This document shows, piece by piece, positions 50,706 through 63,790 of a DNA stretch of 64,000 nucleotides (positions are counted from its first letter, which is position 1; each line of letters begins with the position of its first letter). Made by a program: the position numbers and the translations under genes. The DNA comes from Macrostomum lignano (Eukaryota), in NCBI GenBank assembly GCA_002269645.1, contig NIVC01002839.1:62001-126000 (forward strand), given 5' to 3'. The notes beneath the pieces were generated by a model. It was not told where the DNA came from. It was given only the letters and a program-made list of their open reading frames with translations, and did no database searches.

Positions 50706-51540
50706 GTTAGATTGAGTCATAGAGAGTCACTGATATGGTACCTTGGCTAGATTGAGTCATAAAGGATTATTGATATGACACCTACAGTTAGATTGAGTCA
50801 TAGAGAGTCACTGATATGGTACCTTGGCTAGATTGAGTCATAAAGGATTATTGATATGACACCTACAGTTAGATTGAGTCATAGAGAGTCACTGATATGG
50901 TACCTTGGCTAGATTGAGTCATAAAGGATTATTGATATGACACCTACAGTTAGATTGAGTCATAGAGTCACTGATATGGTACCTTGGCTAGATTGAGTCA
51001 TAAAGGATTATTGATATGACACCTACAGTTAGATTGAGTCATAGAGAGTCACTGATATGGTACCTTGGCTAGATTGAGTCATAAAGGATTATTGATATGA
51101 CAGCTTTAGTTAGATTGAGTCATAGAGAGTCATTAGTATGACATATTGGTAAGATTTAGTCATAGAGGGTCAATAGTATAACACTCTGGTTAGATAGAGG
51201 GTGTCATACAGGGCAATTTGTATGGCACCTTCAGAATATTTAGTCATAGAAGGTCATTGGTATGACATCTTTTGAGGACTGAGTCATATAGGTTCATTGT
51301 TATGACACCTACGGTAGATTGCGTCATAGAGCGAGGGTCATTGGTATGACATTCAGTAGATTGAGTCATAGAGCGAGGGTCATTGGTATTACATTCAGTA
51401 GATTGAGTCATAGAGCGAGGGTCATTGGTATGACATTCAGTAGATTGAGTCATAGAGGGAGGTCATTGATATATGAAACCTCTGGTAGATTGAGTCATGA
51501 AGGGAGGCTCATGACACCTTCGGTAGATTGAGTCATAGAT
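50706..51540. repeat. 81-bp dimeric (40+41) minisatellite with AGATTGAGTCAT core, degenerating toward GLOD4
   Basis: Period 81 at 50706/50787. Confidence 0.93.
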
Positions 51541-51673
51541 AGTCATCAGTGCGACACATTGTAGACTCAAGTGACAAGATAAGAGATCGAGTCGAATAGG
51601 TAATTGCAGCTGAAATTTCAATGCTTAAAATTTCTTTTGTCTTTCATGCGTTGCTTTGACCCACGCCGGCCAC

Positions 51674-53702
51674 ATGATCCGAGCGCTGCATTTCGTATTC
51701 AAAGTTGGCGATCGGTTTCGCACGGCGGAGTTCTACCGCAAAGTGCTGGGCATGCGGTTCCTTAGGCACGAAGAGTTCACCGAGGGCTGCGCCGCGGCCT
51801 GCAACGGTCCCTATCAGGGTCGGTGGAGCAAGTCTATGGTTGGCTACGGGCCAGAGGATGAGCACTTCGTGTTGGAGCTCACCTATAATTATGGCATTGG
51901 ACGATACGCGGCTGGTAACGACTTTGCCGGTATTGTTGTTAGGTGAGATTGATTGTTTTGTTGTTATTAGTTGCCAAATTCTTTAGGCAGTCTTAGAGAT
52001 TGCTTCTAGAGGCGTTCGTTGGTTTGCATTTAAATTCTTCTTTGAGAAAATTTCTTTCGAATCTCGTTCGACCGACTTAAATCGCCCTCTCCAACCCACC
52101 TCAAGAATCGCCCTCTCCAACCCACCTCAACAATCGCCCTCTCCAATCCACCTCAACAATCGCCCTCTCCAACCCACATCAACAATCGCCCTCTCCAACC
52201 CACCTCAACAATCGTCCCAAAGCCCCATAATTTATTATAAAAATCGCCTTGCACCCCACAGCGCCACCCGCGCCGACCTGGACCGAGCCCTCCAATCCGG
52301 CTGGCCAACCGTGATTCCCGAAGGCGCCTCCGATGTCGTTGTTGTTCAATCGCCCGACGGTCACCGATTCGAGCTGACCATGGCTAGCCAGTATTCGATT
52401 GGGGACTCCTCGAAGGCCGGACAGTCGCGCGTTGCGGCTGTGCGACTTGCCAGCTCGAACTTGGATGCCACGGTGACCTACTGGCGAGATCTTCTGGGCT
52501 TCTGCCTGCTGGAGAGGTGACGCAACTAGATATGACTGTAGTACACTAACTAGCTCCCGACAGCTACCCCAATATCCCTCACCAATGTACACTAGCTCCC
52601 GACAGCCACCCCAATATCCCTCACCAATGTACACTAGCTCCCGACAGCCACCCCAGTATCCCTCACCAATGTACACTAGCTCCCGACTCATCTCAATTTC
52701 CCTCACCAATGTACACTAAGCTCCCGTCAGTCACCCCAATATTCTTCACTAAATGTACACTAGCTCCCGACAGCCACAGCCACCCTAATATACCTCACCA
52801 ATGTACACTAGCTCCCGACAGCCACCCCAGTATCCCTCACCAATGTACACTAAGCTCCCGTCAGTCACCCCAATATTCTTCACTAAATGTACACTAGCTC
52901 CCGACAGCCACAGCCACCCTAATATACCTCACCAATGTACACTAGCTCCCGACGCCACCCCAATATTCCTCACCTGTACACTAGCTCCCGACTCATCTCA
53001 ATTTCCCTCACCAATGTACACTAAGCTCCCGTCAGTACACTACCAGTTTCTAACTGCCTTAGCGATGTACACTGGCCCATCAGCTAGTAAACACACTCTA
53101 GCAGAGCCACCACCTAATTGACCAATTAATTCGCTCAAACGCCAGAGACGCAGCCAAGGCAACTCTGCAGCCTGGTGCCGGGCAGTGCCGGTTAGAATTC
53201 TTCCAATTGCCGGGCGCCAACCCTACAGTGGAGCGAGCCAAAGCCTACGGCCGAGTGGCCTTCTCTTGTCCGGCTGACGCCCTGCCAGGCATTCAAGCAG
53301 CCAGCGAGCGAGCCGGACAGAAGGTGCTCACTCCGCTGCTCAGTCTGGACACGCCTGGCAAAGCTACTGTGCAGGTAAATTTTAGAGAATAAAACCTGAC
53401 CTTAAATTTGATACTTTGATACAATTGCATCATTTCTGTAGATTTTCTGTAAAATATGTTACTTTTTTCTTGTCGTTCTACTATAAGTAGATCAATTCGG
53501 CATACTGCATTTTTAAAATAAATTATCGCAGGTGGTCATCCTAGCCGATCCTGACGGACACGAGATTTGCTTTGTCGGCGACGAGGCATTTCGCCAGCTG
53601 TCGCAGGTCGATCCCAAGGCTGATAGCCTGCTCGACGAGGCTATGGCCGGCGACAAAAGCGCCGAGTGGTTCGCTAAACGTGGTGGAAAAGCCGACGCTT
53701 GA
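51674..53702 (+). CDS. GLOD4: Glyoxalase domain-containing protein 4; exons 51674-51942, 52262-52516, 53146-53374, 53532-53702
   Basis: [12 protein letters not shown]...[22 protein letters not shown]; [31 protein letters not shown]...EWFAK closely match recalled GLOD4. Confidence 0.97.
52075..52210. repeat. 26-bp intronic repeat AATCGCCCTCTCCAACCCACCTCAAC
   Basis: About 5 units. Confidence 0.9.
52540..53050. repeat. About 42-bp intronic minisatellite (TGTACACTAGCTCCCGACAGCCACCCC...)
   Basis: Period 42 at 52571/52613. Confidence 0.9.
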
Positions 53703-56700
53703 AGATGATTGAAAAAACGAATTTATCTCTCAAATTTTAAGTCACAAATATTCCAAAAAGAACTTAATTTATGCTATTTTGTCCAAAATTTGAATATTTA
53801 TCTTTCTGTAAATCATTTAAAAAGATTAAGAATTTCTATGTCAACTATATTTTTGAGAAGAACTGCTTCCAGTAGTGTGTATCACGTTTTGTTATTTCAT
53901 TCTTAAGCTATATCGAGCGCCATTCTTCAGAACTAATTATAAATTTCTTGCAATATGCTTACTTTTTTCCATCTTCCCCTGTTTTGCATGCAAAATCTTT
54001 GATTGTTTCACTGTAGTAAAAAATCATTTTGCAAATATTATTACAAAATTTCTACTTGACTTTTTACTAGTTATGATAATAAACGAATAATTTCTGTCTA
54101 ATTATTTATAATATATTTCATTTTTCTATCCTAAAACTGATTGATTGCTATCTTCGTTTTGTTTCGTGCACTAAAGCGTACGGTTTTGTGCATGTGCATT
54201 CATGTCCATGCAGCAGCTAACAGAACAGACAAATATTAAAAGCACCTACGTAGCGACACGGTACGATATAGAAAATCAGCAGAATGAGAACCAGTTATTA
54301 TTACACTTATTCCACTATTAATATACTACGTGCCTTATTGCAGGTCTGTTTTCAAGATTGATTTTGAAATAACAATTCAGACTCGGATTCGGATTTACTA
54401 GCATTGGGCTCCAGCGATTATTGCAAGGCTTCTGTCTGCATATGGTATTTTTGACATGTATTTAGGAATTTCAGTCGAAAAAGCTCGTGCGTGCACAGTG
54501 CGCTGCACAATGTAAATGCATAATTATTAATCCTACTAAATCCTGATTAAGATATAATGCTTCTGAGCGCTTTATCTGTTCCTGGCAGAAGAAATACTCA
54601 ACTTTCTTTGTCAGATATATTATTTATCAAATAATTTATCACAAATTTGCCCAAGGACCACTGTATAATAGCAGTATAAAACTATACAGTGGTAATTAAA
54701 TTGGCAGCTCGTATTCATGACATCTGGGTTTGAATTACGCCATGTAAAGTAAATGTCCCGTCGTGTCAAATTGCTTAGTTCGCTCCTAAAAAACGCTTTA
54801 CGCTTGTATCAAAAACCAGTCTAATTTTTACTTAATCTTTGTGGTAAATAAATGCGACTTTTGGTAACTTTTATTGCTTATATTTTGTTCATTCCGGTAA
54901 GTATAAACTTGAATTTAATTTAGTATTTATTCGGAGTAAGCTGACAATCCTTAAACTTTTACTATTAGAAGTAATGTTTCTCAATTTTAATATTAATTAT
55001 AATATTTTACTAATCATTAATACCAAATCTTGTTTTCTTAATTAGCTAGGCCTTCAATAATTTATTTCTTACTGGTCTGTTTTGAAGTATGTATCAGCAA
55101 TAAAACATTTAAACAATAAAATAACTTTTTTATTTTAAACTATTTTTCACAGAAGACTGCCAGTAAACAATGCTAATGGTTATAGAAATGCTTTCGTTTT
55201 GCTACTTTTATACATTTCTTTGCTTTTCAGTTATATTTACTACTGTCTCTCTTTACTCTTTCCATTAATAGGCCTATATAATGTTCACTTTTAAAGTTTA
55301 AGTGTGATAAATATTATAGGCCTCTTTCCTAGGCCTCTTTATAGGCCTCTTTGACTGAAAATTTGCTGTCTGGCATAGCTTTTGGATAGCTCCGACTGTG
55401 ATGCCATGCATTTTTTCTTTTTAAATGCTACACTGCTATGTGAAGCATGCAAAAAAACTTTTTAACTTCGTGATGCATGCCAAAGATCTGGTACTAGATA
55501 GACTGCCTATGACTATGTTGCATACAAGAATTTTCTCCGAAACAGTATTGTTGGGAGTATGGAACATGGGAGTATTAACAAATTCTGGCCATTTTGCCAT
55601 CAAACTTTTTTGGCTAGACAATTTATCTTTATCCCAAGGCCTTAGGGCCCTTGGGCCTTGGCTTTCCTATAGATAGGGCCTATCAATTCTATAGTTTCTA
55701 TAATCTAGTATTCTAAAAATGAAAAAGTTGTTTGCTTGCTTATATGCAATCAATTATCTCCCAAACAGCTCAACCAACTTTTGCTGTTTCTTCGCCAAAA
55801 TATGTCAAATATGTCAGGGATGGACGATAGGCCTAGTACATGCATTTTTATTAAGCTCTAGCTCATTGATAAAGGAATTATCGATGCCAACTGATAAGAA
55901 AACTCATTGCACCCCACTACCTTGATAATTACTCTATTTAAATTGTGTAACCATTAAAAGGGGGATATAATAAAACTTCTAGATGCTGGCAGACAGCTCT
56001 AATTAGCTAGTCTAAATATACTAAAAACAAAAAGTTTCTAGCTTGTATGCAATCAATTTTCTCCTAAACAGGTCAACCAATTTTCTCCCTTTCTTTGCCA
56101 AAAGATGTCAAATGTGCCTGGCATGGTAAATATATTTTTATTAAGCTCTAGCTTATTGCTAAATGGAATTAATATTGAAAAACTGTATTTTCCCTATCTA
56201 GCCCCCCCCCCCCTAATTGGTGTATTTTTTTGCAGTGAAAGCTCAATATGTCTATGGCTATAGACTAAACTTCAATTTCTTGAGCTGATGCTACAAGCTA
56301 TAAAAATTAAATATTTGAAAGTAAAAACTATTAAATATATACAAGGGAAAAAAATTCTCAGTGGCTGTGTATGTACATTCTGATCCTGGCTAACTGGCAG
56401 ACTGCATATACAATTGCTATTTATAGATTTCACTCAACTATGCATTGGCTCTGCCTGCACACTGAGCAGCCTATCGCTGCTATGTATTTGACTGCAGTGC
56501 TAAAGCATATATGGCTGATATTCTAACCCTCCAATCAATAGGCAGAGTAGCCGCACTGTAGGCACTATGACTGTTTAGGCCAGGCATAAGGTCCCTAGTC
56601 TCAGGTGCTTGCTAAGACTAGGTGATGCTTGCTATATGGGGGATGCTTGCTGTCTAGGGGAGCTTGCTGTCTGGGGATGCTTGCTGTCTGGGGGATGCTT

Positions 56701-57289
56701 GCTGTCTGGTGGATTCTTGCTGTCTGGGAGATTGATTGTTTGCTATATTACTTCATTACATTTTTTCTTTGCTCCCGATAGGGGTATACATTGCTAGTAA
56801 TATACTATTTCTATTCTAGAAAATCCAAAGAATCTAGATCAACATTACAATACAATATACAATACAAGCAAACTTGATACAATATCACAAGATCTTCAAA
56901 ACACATTTGTCTTAATTGTCAAGTTATTATTTAAATTAAATTAATTTTGTCTTTTTACTCATTCTTTGAGTGGCTTTCTTTCTTTGCCACCTTTAGCTTT
57001 ATGTTTATAAGGTACTATCCACATATTGTTTTTTATTCCAACAGGGCCAATGTCTAATAGGCTGTATCATAATTATAGCAATACTTTTTTATCCCATGAA
57101 TAAAGTTTTTTGTACTTATTATTATAATTGTTATTTGCCAAAACATTCCAGACTTTATTAGAGGCAGAGGCTGTATATTGTAGCATTCTAAGCAATGTTG
57201 TCAATACCACTAGCAAGAGAAATTACTGCTTATTCTTTTAACTCACCTGAGCAGGTACACAACCATATCAGATATATATGCAGTCAATA

Positions 57290-57480
57290 TACATAGGCAC
57301 ATACTCACATTGGAGTGTTAGCAAGCCTAACTTTATTTATTGTTAGGTGTGTAAATTTCACTGTGCCTTTAAGGGGTTGGTCTTCAAGGGTGCAAGTAGA
57401 CCCAAGCCAAGATTCCAATTTAGCCCCAAATTAATATGACTTTATTTGGAATCAAGCCTGGGCTGCTTGCACACAGGATG
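57290..57480. repeat. Dispersed repeat homologous to 60235-60425 and partly to 38460-38520
   Basis: Shared CCAAGCC.AGATTCCAATT.AGCCCCAAATTAAT.TGACT...TTGGAATC.AGCCTGGG. Confidence 0.8.
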
Positions 57481-57744
57481 CTGAATCAATATACCATACT
57501 AGGCTACAACCCCACATAGTTCTATATTTTTTTGGATATCAAGACATTTGCATTGTGCAACTTCTTTAGGTCAGAAAGGCTTAACAATGTAAGTGGTAAG
57601 GTAGTGTAGAGATGTTCATATTTTTTGACTGATGCCAGCTGGCATCTTTGCTCCTATCTTGAAAGGAAAGTTGAATATTTCACATAATTATTCACCAACA
57701 TGAAGCAAAATGTGTGCTATCTTGCAGACCCAAAATCAGGCAAC

Positions 57745-57957
57745 ATGCCAGTCCCCGAGCACAGGAAAGAACACGTTGCCAAACTTGAACGCGATTTGGC
57801 CTCTGTGACTCGCGAATATCAAATGAATCGAATGAAATCGTCTGAAACCATACCCCAGATACTGCAGTACATCAAGGACCACGCCAATGAGGACCATCTG
57901 CTGCATCCAGCCAAGGAAAATCCGTTCAATCCCAAGCGCTCCTGCGTACTTCTTTAA
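57745..57957 (+). CDS. Heterotrimeric G-protein gamma subunit (70 aa)
   Basis: GGL pattern (LERDL..REYQMNRMKSSE...ILQYI..EDHLL...ENPF) and CAAX CVLL; splice acceptor at 57727. Confidence 0.9.
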   Translation: MPVPEHRKEHVAKLERDLASVTREYQMNRMKSSETIPQILQYIKDHANEDHLLHPAKENPFNPKRSCVLL

Positions 57958-58329
57958 ACTAATTTTATGCTTTGAAATCTCTTTTAGCTGGGTTAATAAC
58001 TTGATTCATTATTGATTTTCGGGTCTGTTTTTCGGCTTTTGTACTTGCTATTTTTCTAGTGTAGTTTGGATTAGTTTATTAAACTGTTATATTTTTCATT
58101 AGCAAAGATTTCACACGTGTCTCCTGTTCTGTCCATTGTACTATTATTTTGAATTGTTGAAACGTTAAAGCATTGTAACTGTATTAAGATATCTTTGTCT
58201 TTATCTTTGATATATCAAAGATATCTTTGATCTTTGTTTTAATTATTGATTTTTGCTCTCTGAATATCAGATTCAGTTAGTCATCGATCTACCATGCTCT
58301 TGAAATCTATTTAGTTACTGTTTACCAAA

Positions 58330-59075
58330 TTATTTAGGCCACTGGTCTACCAGATTCAGTAAGGTCACTGATCTACCAGATTCAGTAGGTCACTGATCTA
58401 CCAGATTCAGTAGGTCACTGATCCACCAGATTCAGTAAGGTCACTGATCTACCAGATTCAGTAGGTCACTGATCTACCAGATTCAGTTGGTCACTGATCT
58501 ACCAAATGCTGTAGGTCACTTATCTACCAGATTCAGTAGGTCACTGATCTACCAGATTCAGTATGGTCACTGATCTACCAGATTCAGTAGGTCACTGATC
58601 TACCAAATGCTGTAGGTCACTTATCTACCAGATTCAGTAGGTCACTGATCTACCAGATTCAGTATGGTCACTGATCTACCAGATTCAGTAGGTCACTTAT
58701 CTACCAGATTCAGTAGGTCACTGATCTACCAGATTCAGTAAGGTCACTTATCTACCAGATTCAGTAGGTCACTGATCTACCAGATTCAGTAGGTCACTGA
58801 TCTACCAGATTCAGTAGGTCACTGATCTACCAGATGCTGTAGGTCACTGATCTACCAGATTCAGTAGGTCACTGATCTACCAGATGCTGTAGGTCACTGA
58901 TCTACCAGATGCTGTAGGTCACTGATCTACCAGATTCAGTAAGGTCACTGATCTACCAGATTCAGTAGGTCACTGATCTACCAGATTCAGTAGGTCACTG
59001 ATCTACCAGATTCAGTAAGGTCACTTATCTACCAGATTCAGTAGGTCACTGATCTACCAGATGCTGTAGGTTACT
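58330..59075. repeat. 25-bp minisatellite TAGGTCACTGATCTACCAGATTCAG
   Basis: Period 25 at 58381/58406. Confidence 0.95.
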
Positions 59076-59994
59076 GATCTATCATATTATGTTGGGTATC
59101 AATCTAGATTGTGTAGGTCACTGATGTAATGTGAGCATTAGGTGTACTACTTAGTTTTACAGCAACTAATCAACTAATTTTCAGCGTTTAGTTATTGAAG
59201 TTTCTGTGTCCAATTTTTAACGACGAAAATATCAGTTATTAATTTGTCGCTGGTTTAACAAACAATTAATTATAAATTATTGCAATCGAGTTTTTATTTA
59301 AGTTGTGTGCTTTTGTGTATATTGACAGCAACTAATTACAGTAGTATAAGCAACTGTTGCTTGCTTTGCTTATATTATAACTGACCTACTGCTGCAATAC
59401 TATGCTTCGCAAAATTGTCATTTATTATGTTAATTAAAAATATAGTTACTTTCTCTATAGCTGTTTTTGTTAGTTTACAGTAAAACTCAAGTAAATTTAC
59501 CCTTAATTGATTAGTAGGCACTCCAGGCTTTTTGCTTTTTTGTTCCGCTTCATTTATTAGCTAATTTTTGTCACCTGTCCTAATTGTCTCTTCTAAGTCA
59601 ACTTTTGAATCAACTACTGATTAGGGCTTGATAAAGTAGTATGTAGCGAAATGTTGCTATTTTTTGTGCAATACATTTTTGCAATAATTTTTTAACAAGA
59701 ATTGTGTCTCTCTAATTAAGGTCGGTCTATTTTCCAAAAGGATTCAATTGATTGTTGAAAGATCTTTTTGTCGAAGATCAACGATTTTTTTATTCTAGAT
59801 ATTTATTACATAATTAATTGATAATTAACTTTTTTGAAATTATTCGCTCGACACAGTCTTTATATATATATAAATAGATGTATATTATTACACTTGTCTA
59901 TGCTTATTGTGCAATCCTATGTCGGTTTTTTATGACTTATTTTCTTTTGTATACTGTCTAGTCATGAAATATCCCACTAATATTTTAAACTAGA

Positions 59995-60930
59995 TAATCT
60001 CCCAAATCTACCCCCGATAATCTCCCAAGTATACCCTAAATAATTTCCAAAATCTACATCAGATAGTCTCCCAAATCTACCTCAGAGAATCTCCCGAATC
60101 TACCTTTTTTATTAGAGGCAGGGGGGTTGTGTGCACCCTGGCGCACTTTAAGCGACATAGGCACACAACCGGTGAGAGGCATTGCTGCCCATTCCGCCGA
60201 CTCCCCTGAGCAGGCATACAAGCGCGCGGATACGTACGCATGCACACGCTCACACAGGAGTGTACAGCGGCCCTAACTTTATATTATCGTTAGGCATGTA
60301 CACTTCACTGCGCCTTGGGGGGTTGGCTCTCAAGGCCGTTAATTGCACGAGCAGAGCCAAGCCGAGATTCCAATTCAGCCCCAAATTAATGTGACTGCAC
60401 TTGGAATCGAGCCTGGGTCGCTGGAACACCGACCATCTCCCAAATGTACCCCAGATAATCTCCCAAATATACCATAAATAAATCTCCCAAATCTACCTCA
60501 GAGAATCTCCCGAATCTACCTTTGATAATCTCCCAAATCTACCCCAGATAATCTCCCAAATCTACCTTAGGTAAAATCCCGAATCTACCTCAGATAATCT
60601 AATCTCCCAAATCTATCTTAGATAATCTCCCAAATATACCCTAAATAATCTCCCGAATCTACCTCAGATAATCTCCCAAATATACCATAAATAATCTCTC
60701 AAATCTACCTCAGAGAATCTCCCGAATCTACCTTTGATAATCTCCTAAATCTACCTCAGATAATCTCCCAAATCTACCTTAGAAAAGTTTCCAAATCTAC
60801 CTTAGATAAACTCCCAAATCTACCTAAGATAGACTCCCAAATCTACCTTAGATAATCTCCCAAATCTACCTAAGATAGACTCCCAAATCTACCTTAGATA
60901 ATCTCCCCTAAATCTACCTTAGATAATTTT
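59995..60930. repeat. 23-bp minisatellite ATCTCCCAAATCTACCTTAGATA interrupted by a ~320-bp dispersed repeat at about 60110-60432
   Basis: Period 23 at 60841/60864; array resumes after the insert. Confidence 0.9.
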
Positions 60931-61147
60931 GCAAATCTTCTTCTACTTATTACCTGACTCATGGGCTGAATATTATGCAAATTGTCTTAAAATATCTTCC
61001 ATAAAGTCCGGAGTTAATTAGTTCAGTCACCACAAAACCTCGTTTTTTAATCTTCTAATTTAATGATCTGTTGCAATCTTCAAAGCGGAGTTAACTGCGA
61101 ATTATAAATTTTTACCACACGCAACGACCCTAGCCACAATTTTACGC

Positions 61148-61627
61148 ATGTCGGCCGCCGCCGCAGCCTCATCAGCCGCCTCAGTCACCGAGCCAGACGA
61201 GTTCTCATTTAGCGACAGCGATGAAGAATCGCCTAATCGACTCTACAAAGAATCTGGCGGTCCGCCAGACAGCATGATGATGCAACTATTCGAAGAGATC
61301 AGCAAAGGCGGCGGCGAACTCAAACTAGAATGGAAACGGCCTCAGCTTCCGACTGCCGGCGACAATGCCGCTTCATCTGCTACGGAATCGACGGCCAATG
61401 TGTCAACTGCAACGACAAGTGCAAGTGCTGCGAGCACTTCGTCAACTTCCACAGCCGCCGTCGCTGCCACAGCCAATCCGTTTGAATTCAGCGACGCTCC
61501 TGAAGGCGACAGTCTAGTCGGCGCGGGTTCTACCGCTGTTGGATCGTCGACTGTTGGCGCCGGGACTGCGGTGGCCGCGGCGCCTCAGCTGCGTCCACGG
61601 GGCGGCCTGCACTCGGCGAAGTTGCTT

Positions 61628-61658
<31 letters not shown>

Positions 61659-62810
61659 CGTCGCAGATGGAAAAAATTCTTGGCGATTATATGCGCAGTC
61701 GAGGCAAAATGGTCAGTTGGTCCCGCAAAAATGCGCTTATCTTCTCTTTTTTCAGTAGCATAATAAGCGTTTTTGTCCTAAAAGTGTTGTGCAAGCATCT
61801 TCACCCAGTTTGAAACTATACCCAAATCCAGAGCAAGAGAGAAAAGCGGCACCGAAAGAGGTCTGGCTTTGACCTCTCTCCTAACTGCTCTCTCATTGGG
61901 TGAGCTGGATTGGGCCTGCCCCTGGGCTGAGTTTTGTCCGTCTGACTTTGACCCTCTTTCCTTACTGCTCTCTCATTGGCTGAGCAAGATTAGACTTGCC
62001 CCCTGGACTGAATTTCGTCCGTCTGACTTTAACCTCTGTCCTTACTGCTCTCTCATTGGCTGAGCAAGATTAGACCTGCCCCCTGGACTGAATTTCGTCC
62101 GTCTGACTTTAACCTCTGTCCTTACTGCTCTCTCATTGGCTGAGCAAGATTAGACCTGCCCCCTGGACTGAATTTCGTCCGTCTGACTTTAACCTCTGTC
62201 CTTACTGCTCTCTCATTGGCTGAGCAAGATTAGACCTGCCCCCTGGACTGTTTCGTCCGTCTGACTTTAACCTCTCTCCTCTCTCATTGGCTGAGTAGAT
62301 TGGGCCTGCCCTAGGCTGATATTCATTTGTCTTGGGTTTACTTGTGTACATCGAGTTAAATGCTTGTTGTTGATTCTTAACCCCATATTTCTACATGCCT
62401 TCAGGAAAAGTGGTGCAGGACTGAAGGTAGCAGATGTTCAAATACTACTGAATCGACAGTTTCCGCTGTCTAAGAATAGATGCAGAACTTCCACATCTAC
62501 TACTTGATTAATAGAAAGTATAGCTAGTGTCCGGAAAATTTGGCGAATTATACGCGTACTCGGGGGTCACGCGAATTGGCATAACTGATAGACCGTCTGC
62601 CCCCCCCCCTCTATTCATCAAGGTGGACCCAGTGAAGCTGCAGCAGCAGGTTCAGCAAGTGCAGCAGCCGCTGCAGCCGCTACCGCCCCAGCCAACTGGT
62701 ACAGCTGGGGTCGGCCTCTCCCGCGTGGTGGTCACCCAGCACGGGGCTGTCAATATTGGTGTGCCAATCACTATCCAACAGAAGCCGCCAGGTGAGATGC
62801 ACGCATTGAT

Positions 62811-62845
<35 letters not shown>

Positions 62846-63345
62846 AACATCACCAGCATCATCAGCAGCCGCAGCAACACCAGCAGCATCCGCAAAATCA
62901 GCAGCAGCCGCACCAGCAGTTGCGTCAGCCGCAGTTTATCGCTCTGGATCAGCGGGCGTCGCTTGATCGTTTCTTTCAGCAGCAGCAGCAGCAACAGCAA
63001 CACCAGCAGCATCCTCAGCATCATCCGCAGCAGCATCAGCAACAGCATCCAATTCGTCCGGCTCACATTGTTCATCTAATCCAGGGACCCCAGCTGCATC
63101 AGTTGATTCAGCATCATCAGCAGCAGCAGCAGCGTCCACAGCATCATCCGCAGCATCATCATCAGGCGGCTCCGCCTCACGGATTTGCCGCTGCTCATAG
63201 TGTTGGCCAGCCGATTCAGGTGAGCCTGGCTCCTATTGGAGCTATGCAACATCAGCAGCAGCAACAGCAGCAGCAGCAGCAGCAGCAACAGCAACAGCAG
63301 CAACAGCCTCAGCTGCACATTGGTCACAATGCTGTGTCATCCTGA
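61148..63345 (+). CDS. PAGR1: PAGR1/PA1-like protein (exon 61148-61711) probably spliced to a Q/H-rich exon (62623-63345)
   Basis: DSDEE..PPDSMMMQLFEEISKGGGELKLEWK, FEFSD and MEKILGDY resemble recalled PAGR1 blocks (SDEE..PPPSEIQRLYE..GTLEL, FDFDD, LDKVLSDM); both junctions are phase 0. Confidence 0.62.
61865..62390. repeat. Second copy of the ~80-bp-unit dispersed repeat
   Basis: Period 80 at 61981/62061; homologous to 37960-38260. Confidence 0.88.
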
Positions 63346-63629
63346 GCGACTATGCAAACATTTTCATTCTATAATGTGTGGATGAATTTGGGCAGCTGTC
63401 AGCGAGAGTTAACGACTAGTCTAAGGAATTCCCATTATACGTTTTGCTTCCCTTTAGCATCCATATCGCTTTCAGAGAAACTGGTGAAGGAGAAGCAGAG
63501 ACATTTCAAGTTGCAGACTTTTCTGTATGGTGGAAAAGTAGGTGCCCGAGAATTTGGGATTTTAGCTTCAGCTTTAATATCAATATTGACCTTCGGTATT
63601 AGCTCGGTATTCTTTGTTAAGAACTGATT

Positions 63630-63790
63630 AGCCAATCAAAGCCACTGCCACAGAACTCTCGGCCATAGACAATAAAGCCAATCAAAGCCACTGCCACAGA
63701 ACTGCTCTCGGCCATAGACAATAAAGCTAATCAAAGCCACTGCCACAGAACTGCTCTCGGCCATAGACAATAAAGCTAATCAAAGACACT
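63630..63790. repeat. 46-49-bp tandem repeat, 3-4 copies
   Basis: AATCAAAGCCACTGCCACAGAACT at about 63634, 63680 and 63729. Confidence 0.88.

Noticed and set aside
55690-56160. Diverged local duplication (about 55710-55870 and 56020-56160)
   Set aside because: AT-rich, no ORF or termini found; probably an old repeat remnant.
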